Numbered from the stretch's first letter, positions 1 through 10,607 are shown. The stretch is DNA of 64,000 nucleotides from Bdellovibrionales bacterium (GCA_043739185.1 JAYUEN010000155.1:1-64000); one strand, 5' to 3'. A program made the numbers and translations. Notes: generated by a model from the letters alone, not told the origin.

Positions 1-281
1 GTGCCACGGCTCTTCCTGCAGGTTATACCGGACCAAACGTAGCAGTTTGTATCGTTTCAAGTGCGGCTTGCACAGTGGCTGGTCAATATACTGCGCGTTT
101 CACTGAATTAGCTGCCGGTGGTGCGGTTTCCCCAGCGGCCCCAAATGCGGCCAGTGCTGCGAATGCTGCAACTACTTTCGTTGCTCAGGCTTCAGGGCAA
201 TTTTCTGGTGTAGCGACCGCTGATACTTGGAATATCAATCAATTAGGTACGTTGACCAATTCGAATCCTGCGGTTCCTTAA
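1..281 (+). CDS. Type IV pilin, C-terminal part (5' end lies outside the window); paralog of the next gene
   Basis: The frame is open from the window start (ATALPAGYTGPNVAVCIVSSAACTVAGQYTARF...NSNPAVP*) and aligns without gaps to the C-terminal half of the pilin at 363..911. Confidence 0.85.
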   Translation, partial: ATALPAGYTGPNVAVCIVSSAACTVAGQYTARFTELAAGGAVSPAAPNAASAANAATTFVAQASGQFSGVATADTWNINQLGTLTNSNPAVP

Positions 282-362
282 ATGTTTTGTAAACTGATTT
301 AATTTTTTGACCCTTTAAAGTTCTACCCAAGGGTGGGACTTTTTAAATTGAACAAGTGTAAA

Positions 363-911
363 ATGAAAAGATTAAAATCTAAGTACACCAAAGGTTTCTC
401 GCTCATTGAATTGATGGTCGTAGTGGCCATAGTAGGGGTCTTAGCAACAGTAGCATTTCCAAATTTTCAGCGCTTTCAATCAAAGGCCAGACAAGCAGAA
501 GCGAAATCAAGTTTAGGTGGATATGCAACTGCTGCAAGCGCATTTCAATCTGAATGGAATACCTTTGCCAGCAATTGGGCAATGACAGGCTTCAACCCAA
601 CCGGTTCTTTATCTTATCGTATTACCTCGGGTCCCACAGGAGTGCCTGCGGGCTATCAAGGCTATTCTGTGCCGGCGTGTATTGTATCAAGTGCAGCTTG
701 CACTGTGGCAGGTCAATATACGGCAAGATTTATTGAGCTTGCTGCCGGTGGAGCAGTCTCACCTGCAGCACCTAATGCTGCCAGTGCCGCAAATACTGCA
801 ACCACCTATATTGCACAGGCATCTGGCTTATTTTCGGGAATGGCAACCGCCGATACCTGGGACATCAATCAGCTAGGGACTTTGACTAACTCTAACAATT
901 CAGTTCCTTAA
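363..911 (+). CDS. pilA: Type IVa pilin (PilA-like)
   Basis: Prepilin cleavage/methylation motif KG|FSLIELMVVVAIVGVLA, then PNF...KARQAEAK helix and a Cys pair. ATG at 363 is preferred over GTG at 333. Confidence 0.85.
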   Translation: MKRLKSKYTKGFSLIELMVVVAIVGVLATVAFPNFQRFQSKARQAEAKSSLGGYATAASAFQSEWNTFASNWAMTGFNPTGSLSYRITSGPTGVPAGYQGYSVPACIVSSAACTVAGQYTARFIELAAGGAVSPAAPNAASAANTATTYIAQASGLFSGMATADTWDINQLGTLTNSNNSVP

Positions 912-929
912 TTAGTGAGAAATTGAGAG

Positions 930-1688
930 ATGAATAAATTCAGAAAACCACAAATTTTAAAAATCTATGAATTCATTTTATTAGTATTGAGTGTAATTTT
1001 AATTCTCAATATCAATTATGTACCTTCAAAAAATGCTCCGTCGGTTTTGTTAATTCCACCAAAAGATATTCAGTATTTTGCTTTAGGCTATAGAGAAATT
1101 TTAGCGGATATGCTTTGGATCAGAAGCATTCAGGATATCGAACTATGTGGGGACGCAAACTTAATTCCGGGCACCAAAGATTTACCTGACGGCCCAGGAT
1201 TATTGGTCGCCAAATGCAAAAATGGTTGGAGCTACCGAATGCTTGATGCGGTAACCGAGCTCGCGCCCAAGTATCATACTCCGTATAAAGCCGGAGCCGC
1301 TATTTTAAGTGTGATAGCTCATGATGCTTATGGCGCAGGTAAGCTTTACGAAAAAGCCATTGCGCGCTTTCCTGGGGACTGGGAGATGGAGTATCGCGCT
1401 GCCTACCACTTTATGGCAGCATTTCAAAATTACGAACAAGCTTCAGAATATTTAATCAGTGCCGGCAAACATGGTGCACCTCGCTGGGTCTTCTCCTTAG
1501 CTGCGAAACTTAAATCAAAAATGGGCCAGGCTATACTTGCTAAGCCCATATTAGAAGAAGCGATCGCAGCTGATCCGGAGGGACAATATGCAGATCGCCT
1601 CAAAACTCGCCTCGACGAAGTAAACGAGATTATCAAAAAGGAAAAAGAGGGAGCCGAAAATTCGAATTTAGCTCCCCATGAAAATTGA
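930..1688 (+). CDS. Membrane-anchored TPR-like protein of the pilin locus
   Basis: N-terminal TM helix, ADMLWIR motif, helical TPR-like repeats; directly downstream of pilA. Confidence 0.6.
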   Translation: MNKFRKPQILKIYEFILLVLSVILILNINYVPSKNAPSVLLIPPKDIQYFALGYREILADMLWIRSIQDIELCGDANLIPGTKDLPDGPGLLVAKCKNGWSYRMLDAVTELAPKYHTPYKAGAAILSVIAHDAYGAGKLYEKAIARFPGDWEMEYRAAYHFMAAFQNYEQASEYLISAGKHGAPRWVFSLAAKLKSKMGQAILAKPILEEAIAADPEGQYADRLKTRLDEVNEIIKKEKEGAENSNLAPHEN

Positions 1689-1691
1689 GAT

Positions 1692-3419
1692 CTAGTGAGC
1701 CGTCAGCGTCTCTTGTAATTTTCTCAACTCAGCCGCTGCGGCTTTGTTTTTTTCAACTTTTGCATCCGGAAGAGCTAGGGCTTTTGCGATTGTGACCTGG
1801 GCATCTTGATTTTCCTTCAGTGACTTTTGAATTAATGCCAACAGCCTTAAATTTCGAAATGCAAGCTCAGGACCCAATTCAACGGCTTTTAAGGCAGCTT
1901 TTTTGGCTTGATCGTCAGCCTTTAATTCATGCTGATAGTTCGCCAGCTTTGCATAGAATACAAATGACTCGGGTTCTCTTGCAATGAGCTTCTGATACCA
2001 GTTTAAAACTTCGTCTTTTTGATCACAAGCTTTCAAGTAAGATATAGCCATTAAGAGTTCACCAGTGCGTTCAATTGTTAAGTTTCGGGCATGAATGTCC
2101 TGCAGAAGATCAGCTTTTGCTGAGGTCAAAGCTTTCGTATCTTGCATCAATTTAATAGTTTCAATTTTTTGATTGAGTAATTCGGCCTTCTCAAAGTTTG
2201 AGAAATCACCTTGATAGCTATTTTCAAAAGCCTTCAATCTAAGTTCAGTTTTAGCTAACATACGAGTGATGTGATTGAGATTTTCAGTAAAGAGGCTTTG
2301 AGGTGCCGCATCTTTTGGATCTCGAGTTCTTTGGTTTTTTTCATTAAATACTCCGGCGAACTCATTTCGCCAAACAATGGCATCAAAAGAACCTGAAAAT
2401 TCGCCAATGGCTTTTTGATAAGTTGCGATTTTGATTTTCTCAGACGCTTCAGTTGAATCGAGTTCCGAAAGAAGTGCGATTTCAGCAGCAGCTGCCATCA
2501 GACGCTGTTGAGCATTCGGAGCTTTCAACTTTTTATACCAAGTAAGTGCGTCTTGAAATTTCATCGCATCTGAATATCTTTTTGCAAGAACCCATGTGGA
2601 TTTTTGATCGTTTTTCAAATCTGCATTTTGTTTTAAGTCCTGGTCTGACATGAGATCCTTGGCTTTGAGTTTTGAAATCTCTTTTGCCAATACTTCAGCG
2701 CTCTTAAAATCAAGACTGCGGTAGAGTTCGGCCTCTTCAGCATTCATCAAAATCATAGTTGGAATTGCTTTTACTGAATAGTGATCTGCAATTGCTTTAT
2801 TTTGATCGAGATCAATATTGAGGCTTAATTTTACAAATTTATTGGTCGCAGTTTTAAAAACTTTCTGATTAAAACTTTCGGTTTCAAGTCTGAGGCAGGC
2901 CGGGCACCATGGAGCTCTGAAATCCACCAAAATGAGTTTCCTTTCTGACCTAGCAAGCGCCACTGCATTTTGAAACTGGTCCTCTAAAAAACCATTTTCA
3001 TTGACTCGATTTGTTTTGCTTGTATCCGTATTCAGGATTTTGAAATCACTTTGCGAACTCTCGGTTACGCGCGCAGCGAGTTGCATAACCTGATCTCCGC
3101 TGACCTTTAAATCATAATCATGCGGCTCGCAAATTGTGAGGGCGTCATCACAAACATAAAAATGCAATTTGAAAGCCTCTCTGCCCGCAGCGGACATATT
3201 GAAGCCAAGTGACTTTTCTTCTTTTGAACTCGGCTGATACTTTTTTCCGTCTACTTCTAAAGATGTGGGAGCCTTCGTATTGAAATGAAAGCCAAAATCG
3301 ACATCGCAAATGAGCTTACCACCACTGGCGTGAAGATGAACTTTATGGTCGGAAATTCCGCCAAAAACGTTAGCGACCCATACAAAAGGAATCAAAGTGC
3401 TAAGAATTTTTAATTTCAT
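1692..3419 (-). CDS. Exported thioredoxin-fold protein (WCPAC) with an N-terminal DsbD-N-like Cys pair and C-terminal TPR-like helices
   Basis: Signal peptide; CDDALTIC; LVDFRAPWCPAC; cis-Pro motif AIPT; helical C-terminus. Confidence 0.7.
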   Translation of the reverse strand: MKLKILSTLIPFVWVANVFGGISDHKVHLHASGGKLICDVDFGFHFNTKAPTSLEVDGKKYQPSSKEEKSLGFNMSAAGREAFKLHFYVCDDALTICEPHDYDLKVSGDQVMQLAARVTESSQSDFKILNTDTSKTNRVNENGFLEDQFQNAVALARSERKLILVDFRAPWCPACLRLETESFNQKVFKTATNKFVKLSLNIDLDQNKAIADHYSVKAIPTMILMNAEEAELYRSLDFKSAEVLAKEISKLKAKDLMSDQDLKQNADLKNDQKSTWVLAKRYSDAMKFQDALTWYKKLKAPNAQQRLMAAAAEIALLSELDSTEASEKIKIATYQKAIGEFSGSFDAIVWRNEFAGVFNEKNQRTRDPKDAAPQSLFTENLNHITRMLAKTELRLKAFENSYQGDFSNFEKAELLNQKIETIKLMQDTKALTSAKADLLQDIHARNLTIERTGELLMAISYLKACDQKDEVLNWYQKLIAREPESFVFYAKLANYQHELKADDQAKKAALKAVELGPELAFRNLRLLALIQKSLKENQDAQVTIAKALALPDAKVEKNKAAAAELRKLQETLTAH

Positions 3420-3609
3420 AATTACTCCTAAAGTCTTCTCAAAAATTGCAATTTTTAAGTTTTATCACGTGAACCTGAGAAATACAGAAATTGTCACTTG
3501 TGTCTAATAAATAACGCTTCGCAGGTGCAAACCCCGAATTTAGATGGCGAATTTAGGGCGCAAAGCCCTAATTAAAGGCTTGGTTTTAGGCTTCTGTAAA
3601 AGACACGCC

Positions 3610-3626
3610 TTGGAACCTAATTTGCA
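3610..3626 (+). promoter_or_regulatory. Putative sigma54 (-24/-12) promoter
   Basis: TTGGAACCTAATTTGCA matches GG-N10-GC (consensus TGGCAC-N5-TTGCW); 48 nt upstream of the ORF at 3674. Confidence 0.6.
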
Positions 3627-3673
3627 ATTTTTAAACTCGAGATCAAATATTTTTTCGAAAATGGGTAATCGCT

Positions 3674-4585
3674 ATGATTCAGAAAAAGGGATTTACTTCA
3701 AAGTTTCTAAGTTTGTTTATGAGTTTCGCCATTTTGTTTCCGCAACAATTGTTTTCAGCTATTCCCCAAGAGCCTGAAATTCGCCAGGCCTTAAAAGAAG
3801 TGGGTATTTATACTAATGCCACTTCAACAGCAGATGGCAAAATCGTCGTCACACTTTATGACGCCAACAAAACACCGGGCACTGTTTCAATTACGCTGGT
3901 TCCTGCGTCAGATGGCAAATCTGAGCCAAAGATAGATATTGGGATTGATCCAGGTGATGGATTTATTATTACTGCTGATTTGACAAATTCGCTTCACAAA
4001 CTAAATAAAATCTTGAACTCCACACAAGATCCTGTGGTCATAGCCGATGAGACGGCTAAGATCACGCAGCCAGTGGTCGATACTCTGACTCAAAAGTTGA
4101 TTAAAAGAACTGGTCCAGTCGCAGGAAAAGTGAAAGATGTTGTCGTAAAATATGGTTTAATTACCATTCATAATATTTATACGCTTATTCCATTTGGAAT
4201 GATCGTTGGCAGTATGATTTTTTTTGGATTTACTTGGCATGATTATCATCTCGAAGGAATTCCCGCCTCAAGAATTTTAGAATTAGCCAGCGAAGATATT
4301 TGGAGTATGAGATATCTGGCTTTGACATACGGTGCAGCACTTGCCGCTCAAGATGTGGCTTCTCGTTGGAAGATTTTCAAAGATACACCTATTCCTAAGT
4401 TTCACTCGCTGCCTGTGCAATTTGTAAAGAACCTCTTCAAATTGAGTTATGCCAAAGTCACCTCAGTCGGAAGTCAAATTCTTGGCCGTGCCAGATCGAT
4501 TGAAAATAAAATTGTAGATGCCGCCGAAGTCATCAGTTGCGAAGATTTTATTAGAACCGCCTCGCAAACGGGAGTTCAACAATGA
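3674..4585 (+). CDS. Hypothetical exported/membrane protein
   Basis: 303-aa ORF with a signal-like N-terminus and an internal hydrophobic helix; ATGA overlap with the next gene. Confidence 0.65.
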   Translation: MIQKKGFTSKFLSLFMSFAILFPQQLFSAIPQEPEIRQALKEVGIYTNATSTADGKIVVTLYDANKTPGTVSITLVPASDGKSEPKIDIGIDPGDGFIITADLTNSLHKLNKILNSTQDPVVIADETAKITQPVVDTLTQKLIKRTGPVAGKVKDVVVKYGLITIHNIYTLIPFGMIVGSMIFFGFTWHDYHLEGIPASRILELASEDIWSMRYLALTYGAALAAQDVASRWKIFKDTPIPKFHSLPVQFVKNLFKLSYAKVTSVGSQILGRARSIENKIVDAAEVISCEDFIRTASQTGVQQ

Positions 4586-7257
4586 TTAAAAACATTTTCA
4601 TATTTACAGCGACACTTGCACTTTCAGTTTCAGCTAAGGCCGATATATCAGCTAATATTCAGCCAGACACCATTTATTCTTTTGGAACTTCATGTAGCTC
4701 TTCTGGTCAATGGACTAGCAAAGCTATGCAAGCCACTCAAACTCTCATTTCGACTATTAAGAGTTTAGCGTCCGATCCTTCTTGTCAAAGCTTGAGTACA
4801 CTTGTTCAGGCATTGTCGGCACAGCAAATGGCTCTGCAAGTTCAAAGTTCAATTGATACAAGTGGCAATATCGCCGGCGAGAGCCCAATGCAAACGCAAA
4901 ACAGACTCACCGCTTTATCAAATGTCGCGACTTCAACAGATCCGAGCCTGAAGCCTTTCGCGGCGAGGGCAGGTCAGGCCTATACGAAAGAGGCTCTAAA
5001 CAATGCGATATCAGCTCCTGGTATGAATTCTCGCAAATTTGAAATTGCGCGCGGAAAACTCTTTCAATATGCCAGCCAGGCTGATTCATTAATGGCATCG
5101 ACCAATGCTCTCACTCAACTTGCAAACGCTCTTCCTAACTATCAGACTTGTTTGATTGGTAGGCCAGGGCCTGATTTGGGACTCATATTGGCATCTGTCG
5201 TTGGTCTTGGCGCTGCTATTGCTAGCAATGGCAACGGGCCTGCTCCTGCGACTAGCTCAATGGTCCAAAGTATTTTAGCTCTTGTGCATAATAGTAAATT
5301 TGCGACCGCAGTTTCGAGTTTAAAACAAGAACAGTTCACGCAATCACTTTCATGTCTGATGGAGGTTTCAACAGAATCTTATTGTTCAGTATTGGATATG
5401 CAGAATCTCATTAAATCACCAGTCATGAATAAGAATCTTGTAAAAGCAAAAAAGGATCCGAAAGTTACAAATCCTCTAACCGGTTATAATATTTTAACGG
5501 TTCATTTGCCAAATATTTACCAATGGGCTCAGCAAGTTCAATTTGGAGTTGCCCCTAGAACCAGCGCCGATGCAGCATTTGGTAATGATGCCGTTCAGTT
5601 GGTAGCTGCTTTTGATCAAAAAATTAGAATGCTACCAACCATGCTCTGGGATGTTGAGAGTCAATTGGTTGGGCAGAATTCAGCAGGGCGCAAAACCACA
5701 CTCATAAATGGGATTCAAAGAATTGCGGGTTTGATTGACGCCGATCAATCTGCAACCAATTTCTTTTATCAAACTCAAAATAAGTTTGTTCTGCCATTTT
5801 ACTTATTAGATGAAGCGAATCACGTACCACCTTGCGTTTATTCTAGTCAACAAAGCGGTCAGCCTTGCGATGTGTACGGTATGTTGAATACTCCTGGCCA
5901 GTACCCGAGACTCGATAATTTTGATAATTCTTATTTAGCTATTGTGCGTGCAAGGCTTACTTCTTTGATTACGGATTCAAAAGCAAAAGCCAATAATTAC
6001 TATCAAGCAAGATTAATTCCCAATACCACTAGCCTTGCGATTCAATCCTTAAACAGCCCTACAAATAGTGTCAAAGACAGCTTTGAATTTGTAGTATACT
6101 ATCTGGTTTATTTGAAAGGCTTCATTCAGCAATATGGTAGCGACGATGACAGTATGGTAAAGATGCTACCTGCCATTGAAAATGCGACCAATCGCTTTCG
6201 AAAAATTCTTGCAACATACGATAAGCTTGACGATATTCAAAGGCTGAATTCACGATCTCCGGACTACGATAAATTAGTGAATGAAGCCTATGGCTCAATT
6301 GTTAATACCGTTTATGATCAATTTGATATGTCGGTTCAGCACGACGGCTATGTGGTTTCGACCTTAAATGATTTTATTTCTGCAGAATATCGCTTGCGCA
6401 TTAAAAAAGGAATCGGACTCGGAAAACCTTATGACAAAGAATTTCTCATTTCCTCAAGCCAAGATTTACTAGATACAATTAAGTCAGCTCAGTTTACCAA
6501 TAAGATTGATATTTTAACTGATCTCTCAAATGCAAATGTGATCAATTACAAGAATCTTGAGGCAATTGACAGCGTATTTTTTGATTCCTATTTTAATCGC
6601 ATTCAAGCTCTTAACCAGAAAATCAATTGTAAGGATCTTAGCCAGGGCGCTAACAATAGATTGGCTCATGTGACCGCTTCTCTTGATGTTCACTCAAATG
6701 TTTTAGATATTGAAAATCCGGAAGTTATGAAGTGGTGTAGCTGGGGAAGCAATGCCGTAAAAACGATTTGCGCTCGGATAATACATGCGGACCGCTATGT
6801 CGGAGAACATACTCTAGATGCATCAACTCAAACGACATGTGATACCGCCAATCATGATTTTGAACGCAAGCGCAATATTCTTTGCATGCAGTCGCTTGCC
6901 TTTGTAAGCCGCAGATCGCGCTTTGATTCGGCCAAAAGCATAGCTACCAATGCACGTCCTGAAAAAGGACTATGCGATGGGGTGAAGATGATCAGCGACT
7001 ATTCGAAGGATATTCCTCAGGAATTCAAAGCAGAATACAAGAATTTGGATGCGGACTATGAAGCCATTTTGGCAGAGACCCAAAATGCCTTAGCGGTTTC
7101 AAACCCACTTGAAATGCGGCAAAAAGCAAATGACAAGGCAATTTGTGCCTATCGAAATTTCAGAAGGAATAATTCGGTGTACTGGATGACTCGAGATCTT
7201 GATAGTCGAGTTTCAAGTCCTACCATGGATGAGATCATTAGCGATCGAAAAAGATAA
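4582..7257 (+). CDS. Large hypothetical secreted, Cys-containing helical protein
   Basis: 891-aa ORF; signal peptide ending AKA; scattered Cys pairs; no family recognised. Confidence 0.7.
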   Translation: MIKNIFIFTATLALSVSAKADISANIQPDTIYSFGTSCSSSGQWTSKAMQATQTLISTIKSLASDPSCQSLSTLVQALSAQQMALQVQSSIDTSGNIAGESPMQTQNRLTALSNVATSTDPSLKPFAARAGQAYTKEALNNAISAPGMNSRKFEIARGKLFQYASQADSLMASTNALTQLANALPNYQTCLIGRPGPDLGLILASVVGLGAAIASNGNGPAPATSSMVQSILALVHNSKFATAVSSLKQEQFTQSLSCLMEVSTESYCSVLDMQNLIKSPVMNKNLVKAKKDPKVTNPLTGYNILTVHLPNIYQWAQQVQFGVAPRTSADAAFGNDAVQLVAAFDQKIRMLPTMLWDVESQLVGQNSAGRKTTLINGIQRIAGLIDADQSATNFFYQTQNKFVLPFYLLDEANHVPPCVYSSQQSGQPCDVYGMLNTPGQYPRLDNFDNSYLAIVRARLTSLITDSKAKANNYYQARLIPNTTSLAIQSLNSPTNSVKDSFEFVVYYLVYLKGFIQQYGSDDDSMVKMLPAIENATNRFRKILATYDKLDDIQRLNSRSPDYDKLVNEAYGSIVNTVYDQFDMSVQHDGYVVSTLNDFISAEYRLRIKKGIGLGKPYDKEFLISSSQDLLDTIKSAQFTNKIDILTDLSNANVINYKNLEAIDSVFFDSYFNRIQALNQKINCKDLSQGANNRLAHVTASLDVHSNVLDIENPEVMKWCSWGSNAVKTICARIIHADRYVGEHTLDASTQTTCDTANHDFERKRNILCMQSLAFVSRRSRFDSAKSIATNARPEKGLCDGVKMISDYSKDIPQEFKAEYKNLDADYEAILAETQNALAVSNPLEMRQKANDKAICAYRNFRRNNSVYWMTRDLDSRVSSPTMDEIISDRKR

Positions 7258-7268
7258 AATCAAAGCTA

Positions 7269-8246
7269 CTAAAACTCCGTCATACGTGGCGGAGTCATAA
7301 AGCTTTCGCCTGAAATTTTAAAACTAAATTTCTGACCGCCGGCCATGGGTTTCTTAAACGAAGAATTAATAAGAGCAAAGAGTACCGAATTTTGGTCGTA
7401 AAATTTTTGCAAGACCTTTAATTCAACGTTGAAGCTATAAGCCCCTAAATCCGGAGCTGGCTTGCCTTTCGCAAGCTTCATGGCAATTTCTCCGTGAAGT
7501 TTGCAGCTCAAATCATCTTTATCGTCACCTAAACTTAAATCATCTATTTGCATCTTACCTTCGCTCAAAGCAGTTTTGAGAGTCGATTTCTTAAATTTAA
7601 GTTCAGGCAAATTGAACATCGGCGCGCCACCCATATAAATAACATAAGCTGGGAAAATGAAACTCTTAATGCTCATGTCGATATGGCCAGAAGGTTGCTC
7701 TTCAAAACTTGGGTCAACTTTAGCTTGGCCTGCAATGTTTAATGCGCCCGCAAGTTTGAAATCACCTAAATTGAGATCTCGAATGAAGCTGCTCAAAGAT
7801 GGGAGCGCAATGTCGGCAGCATCTATTTTAATTTTATGATTGCGACTGCCCTGTTTATTTTTTTCAGCTTCTTCATAAGAAAGGTCGACATGGCCTTTGA
7901 ACAAACCCGTGGCCGTCGCATCTGCTCCTAGCGAGCCTTTGAGAAGTGACAGCAAAGAAGGTGAGAGTGTCAGTTCATCTGTTGAAAAATTAGGGAGATT
8001 GGTCAATTGTAGCAAGACAGTTGTCAACTTAATGCCCGGAGTGGGAAATAAATTTAGTCCCATTCCATCAGCCTGAAGATAAACGCTTCCGGCAGTTAAA
8101 TCTGAAACTTTAGTGGTCATAAGATCTGCCAAATCATCAAAGGGAAAAAGTGCCACCAAAAACAATGCGGTAAAGAGTATCAAAATAAAAAATTTCTTTT
8201 TATGAAAACGCAGCAGGTTTTTTAGCATTGCAAATACGGCTTTCAC
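7269..8246 (-). CDS. gspN: Type II secretion protein GspN
   Basis: N-terminal TM followed by LFPFDDL; beta-rich; last gene of the gsp operon. Confidence 0.75.
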   Translation of the reverse strand: MKAVFAMLKNLLRFHKKKFFILILFTALFLVALFPFDDLADLMTTKVSDLTAGSVYLQADGMGLNLFPTPGIKLTTVLLQLTNLPNFSTDELTLSPSLLSLLKGSLGADATATGLFKGHVDLSYEEAEKNKQGSRNHKIKIDAADIALPSLSSFIRDLNLGDFKLAGALNIAGQAKVDPSFEEQPSGHIDMSIKSFIFPAYVIYMGGAPMFNLPELKFKKSTLKTALSEGKMQIDDLSLGDDKDDLSCKLHGEIAMKLAKGKPAPDLGAYSFNVELKVLQKFYDQNSVLFALINSSFKKPMAGGQKFSFKISGESFMTPPRMTEF

Positions 8247-8902
8247 TTTTTCTTACCTCCAGTTTTAGGAGCTGCCGCAACAGGTTCAGCCGGGAGAGAA
8301 AAATTAGTTAAGCGATAAACTGCATTGAAATAATGTATGCCAGGAAGTGCGGGCTGACTGGCCTCAACACTAAGTGAAATCATTTTAACATTGGGAAGAT
8401 TCTGTAGTGAAACTCCAATATCTTTAATTTGGGTCAGATTTAGTTTTTGCAGAGAAACCTCAATGGTATTTTGATTGATTGGCTTATTGACCCCAGCAAT
8501 GGGGTGATCAAATGGCAATACAGATTTAATTTGTTCGGCCTGCAATCTCGCGCCATCTAGTTTGGCGCGTGCTTGTGAAGCCAAGTCCTGAGCCGTGGTA
8601 GCCAATGGTAATGGAGGTAGCTCGCTGGTTGCATGTTGCAAATGAAAGAGTTCCCGAATGAGATTTTTTTTTGCCTCAAACTGCTCCATATTACTAGATG
8701 CTGAACTGTAATAGCTCAGAGGGACCAAAAGAAGCATTATTAATAAAAGGGAAGCCACGCCCAGCAAGGAGAGTTTTTGGCCGGTTGGAGAAAGTGATTC
8801 ATATTTTTCTTTAATATTGGTAAACGACGGATGCTCTTGTATTTGACCCCAAACCTGAGTGGCCTTTTCTACTAATTGTTCTTTGAGATCATCGATGATC
8901 AT
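8243..8902 (-). CDS. gspM: Type II secretion protein GspM-like
   Basis: YESLSPT plus TM and coiled coil; position between L and N. Confidence 0.7.
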   Translation of the reverse strand: MIIDDLKEQLVEKATQVWGQIQEHPSFTNIKEKYESLSPTGQKLSLLGVASLLLIMLLLVPLSYYSSASSNMEQFEAKKNLIRELFHLQHATSELPPLPLATTAQDLASQARAKLDGARLQAEQIKSVLPFDHPIAGVNKPINQNTIEVSLQKLNLTQIKDIGVSLQNLPNVKMISLSVEASQPALPGIHYFNAVYRLTNFSLPAEPVAAAPKTGGKKK

Positions 8903-8921
8903 ATTCTAAATCCTTTAAGCT

Positions 8922-10574
8922 CTAATTATTGCCTTCAATGCGGTGAATTTTCATTCGGTAAGCAAAAGGAGTTCCTCCTGCGCTATGCGGACCCGCGGCA
9001 GTTACTTTTTTGGGTTCGCCCGAAGCAATTTGCTTGAGTGCGGCTTCGACTGCATTGATAAAAATTGGGGAGCCAACACTTCCCTCGATGATAAGGTCCT
9101 CATGGTCAATTGATAGTTTGGATACTTCAATCGTGACATTGTTTCCGTTATCTTTTTGATTCTGCGGAAGTTTTTGAGTTAATTTTGTCAGCACATCGAG
9201 GGCCGAACTATAGTGATCTAATTTGGCCAGATTTTCTCTGCCCTTTATCAGACTTTTTTGTTCTGTTAAATACTTTTCTAAATTGGCTGAAGTTCGACCA
9301 ATAGTTTTGGCCTGTTTGGTAAGTGAGTCCTCAACGCTATCATTTAAGCTAGAACTCAAATTGTCCCGAATAAGAGCGTGAATGAAAATAAAAACTAGGG
9401 CCGCTCCTGATATTTGCACAGCGTTCTTCCACTTTTCCCAAAACAAATTGAAGCTGCGATTTTGCTTTGTATAAAGTCCTCGACGCAAATTGAGGCTGGG
9501 GTTGCGCGCCGTTTTAAGTCCCTCGATTGCAAGTCCCACCGCAATCGGTGCGGCCGATTCAATAGCGGGAGTGATTTCAAAATTGAAGGCAATGCGATCA
9601 AAGGGCTTTGTTAAATTGACTGGAACTTCTAATGTTTGGGTAAGATAGGGCGCGATATTTTGTAAATTGCTCGCGCCTCCCAAAATTTCTAATTGTGGAA
9701 AATGCAAACCATATTCAGTTTGCAATTCAATAATAGAGAATTTGAGTTCGCGTGAAAGTTCAGCAAGTGAATCGGTGACCGTATTTGACATCAAAAGCTG
9801 TTCTTTATTTGCGCCAGCACTATTCATCAAAATATAACAGCGCATCTGAACCACCTTAAGCGATTCAGCCGGTGGAATATTAAAAGCTTTGGCTACGTTT
9901 TGGGCGATATCACTTGCACCCCAAGGGATCGAGCGAATTGAAACCAAACTGTCTTGGTTATAAGCAAGGAGAAGAGAGCGTTGATGACCCATCATCAGAA
10001 GTAGGCGACCGCGTTTTTTGACGTCGATCTGAGTTTTTTCAGGATCATCGGCAGACGAAGTTTGTGGCGGCGCAAGGCTCCACTCTTCAAATAGATTGGA
10101 GAGCGCAAATGAATCGACACTTAAAATGGCAGGATCAATGTGGCCTTCTTTGGCGCGCTCTAAGTGAGCCAAAATACTTTCATTCGGACAGGCACAAACC
10201 ATAACGACAGAGGTATTATTTTGCACTTCTAAAATCTTGGCTTCGAAAGTCGTATCATCTAGATCCAGCGGGATCTCATCTTCAAGTTCAAAAGCTAAAC
10301 TCTTTATTATTTTTTGACGTTCTCGAAAAGGAAAACTCTTTCGCCTGGTGCTCACTTCGTTTTGTGAAACAGCTAAGACAAATTTAGTTTGAGACGGATC
10401 GTACTTAGCGGCAATATTGCGAAGAATTTCAATGATCTCAAGAGACTTATCGGCTTGCGGTTGAGACGAAAGCGTGTACTCATTAAAATCTGTTACCATC
10501 GTGCTTTTGCGGGTCACTGTGGCTTCAGCGACTTTGATACTATACGAGCCAATGTCAATGCCGACACTTTTCAT
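8922..10574 (-). CDS. gspL: Type II secretion protein GspL (PilM/actin-like cytoplasmic domain)
   Basis: GIDIGSYSIKV actin-fold motif, FELEDEIP, GGAS, then TM and a PilN-like periplasmic part. Confidence 0.75.
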   Translation of the reverse strand: MKSVGIDIGSYSIKVAEATVTRKSTMVTDFNEYTLSSQPQADKSLEIIEILRNIAAKYDPSQTKFVLAVSQNEVSTRRKSFPFRERQKIIKSLAFELEDEIPLDLDDTTFEAKILEVQNNTSVVMVCACPNESILAHLERAKEGHIDPAILSVDSFALSNLFEEWSLAPPQTSSADDPEKTQIDVKKRGRLLLMMGHQRSLLLAYNQDSLVSIRSIPWGASDIAQNVAKAFNIPPAESLKVVQMRCYILMNSAGANKEQLLMSNTVTDSLAELSRELKFSIIELQTEYGLHFPQLEILGGASNLQNIAPYLTQTLEVPVNLTKPFDRIAFNFEITPAIESAAPIAVGLAIEGLKTARNPSLNLRRGLYTKQNRSFNLFWEKWKNAVQISGAALVFIFIHALIRDNLSSSLNDSVEDSLTKQAKTIGRTSANLEKYLTEQKSLIKGRENLAKLDHYSSALDVLTKLTQKLPQNQKDNGNNVTIEVSKLSIDHEDLIIEGSVGSPIFINAVEAALKQIASGEPKKVTAAGPHSAGGTPFAYRMKIHRIEGNN

Positions 10575-10607
10575 TTCATCATCCTTGATGCGAAGCTATC
10601 GATGCAG

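Noticed and set aside
3524..3585. c-di-GMP-I riboswitch look-alike (GCAAACCC...GGGCGCAAAGCC)
   Set aside because: It lacks the GNRA tetraloop/receptor and a closing P1 stem, and it lies upstream of the sigma54-like promoter, so it would not be in that transcript. An Infernal search with the c-di-GMP-I model would settle it.
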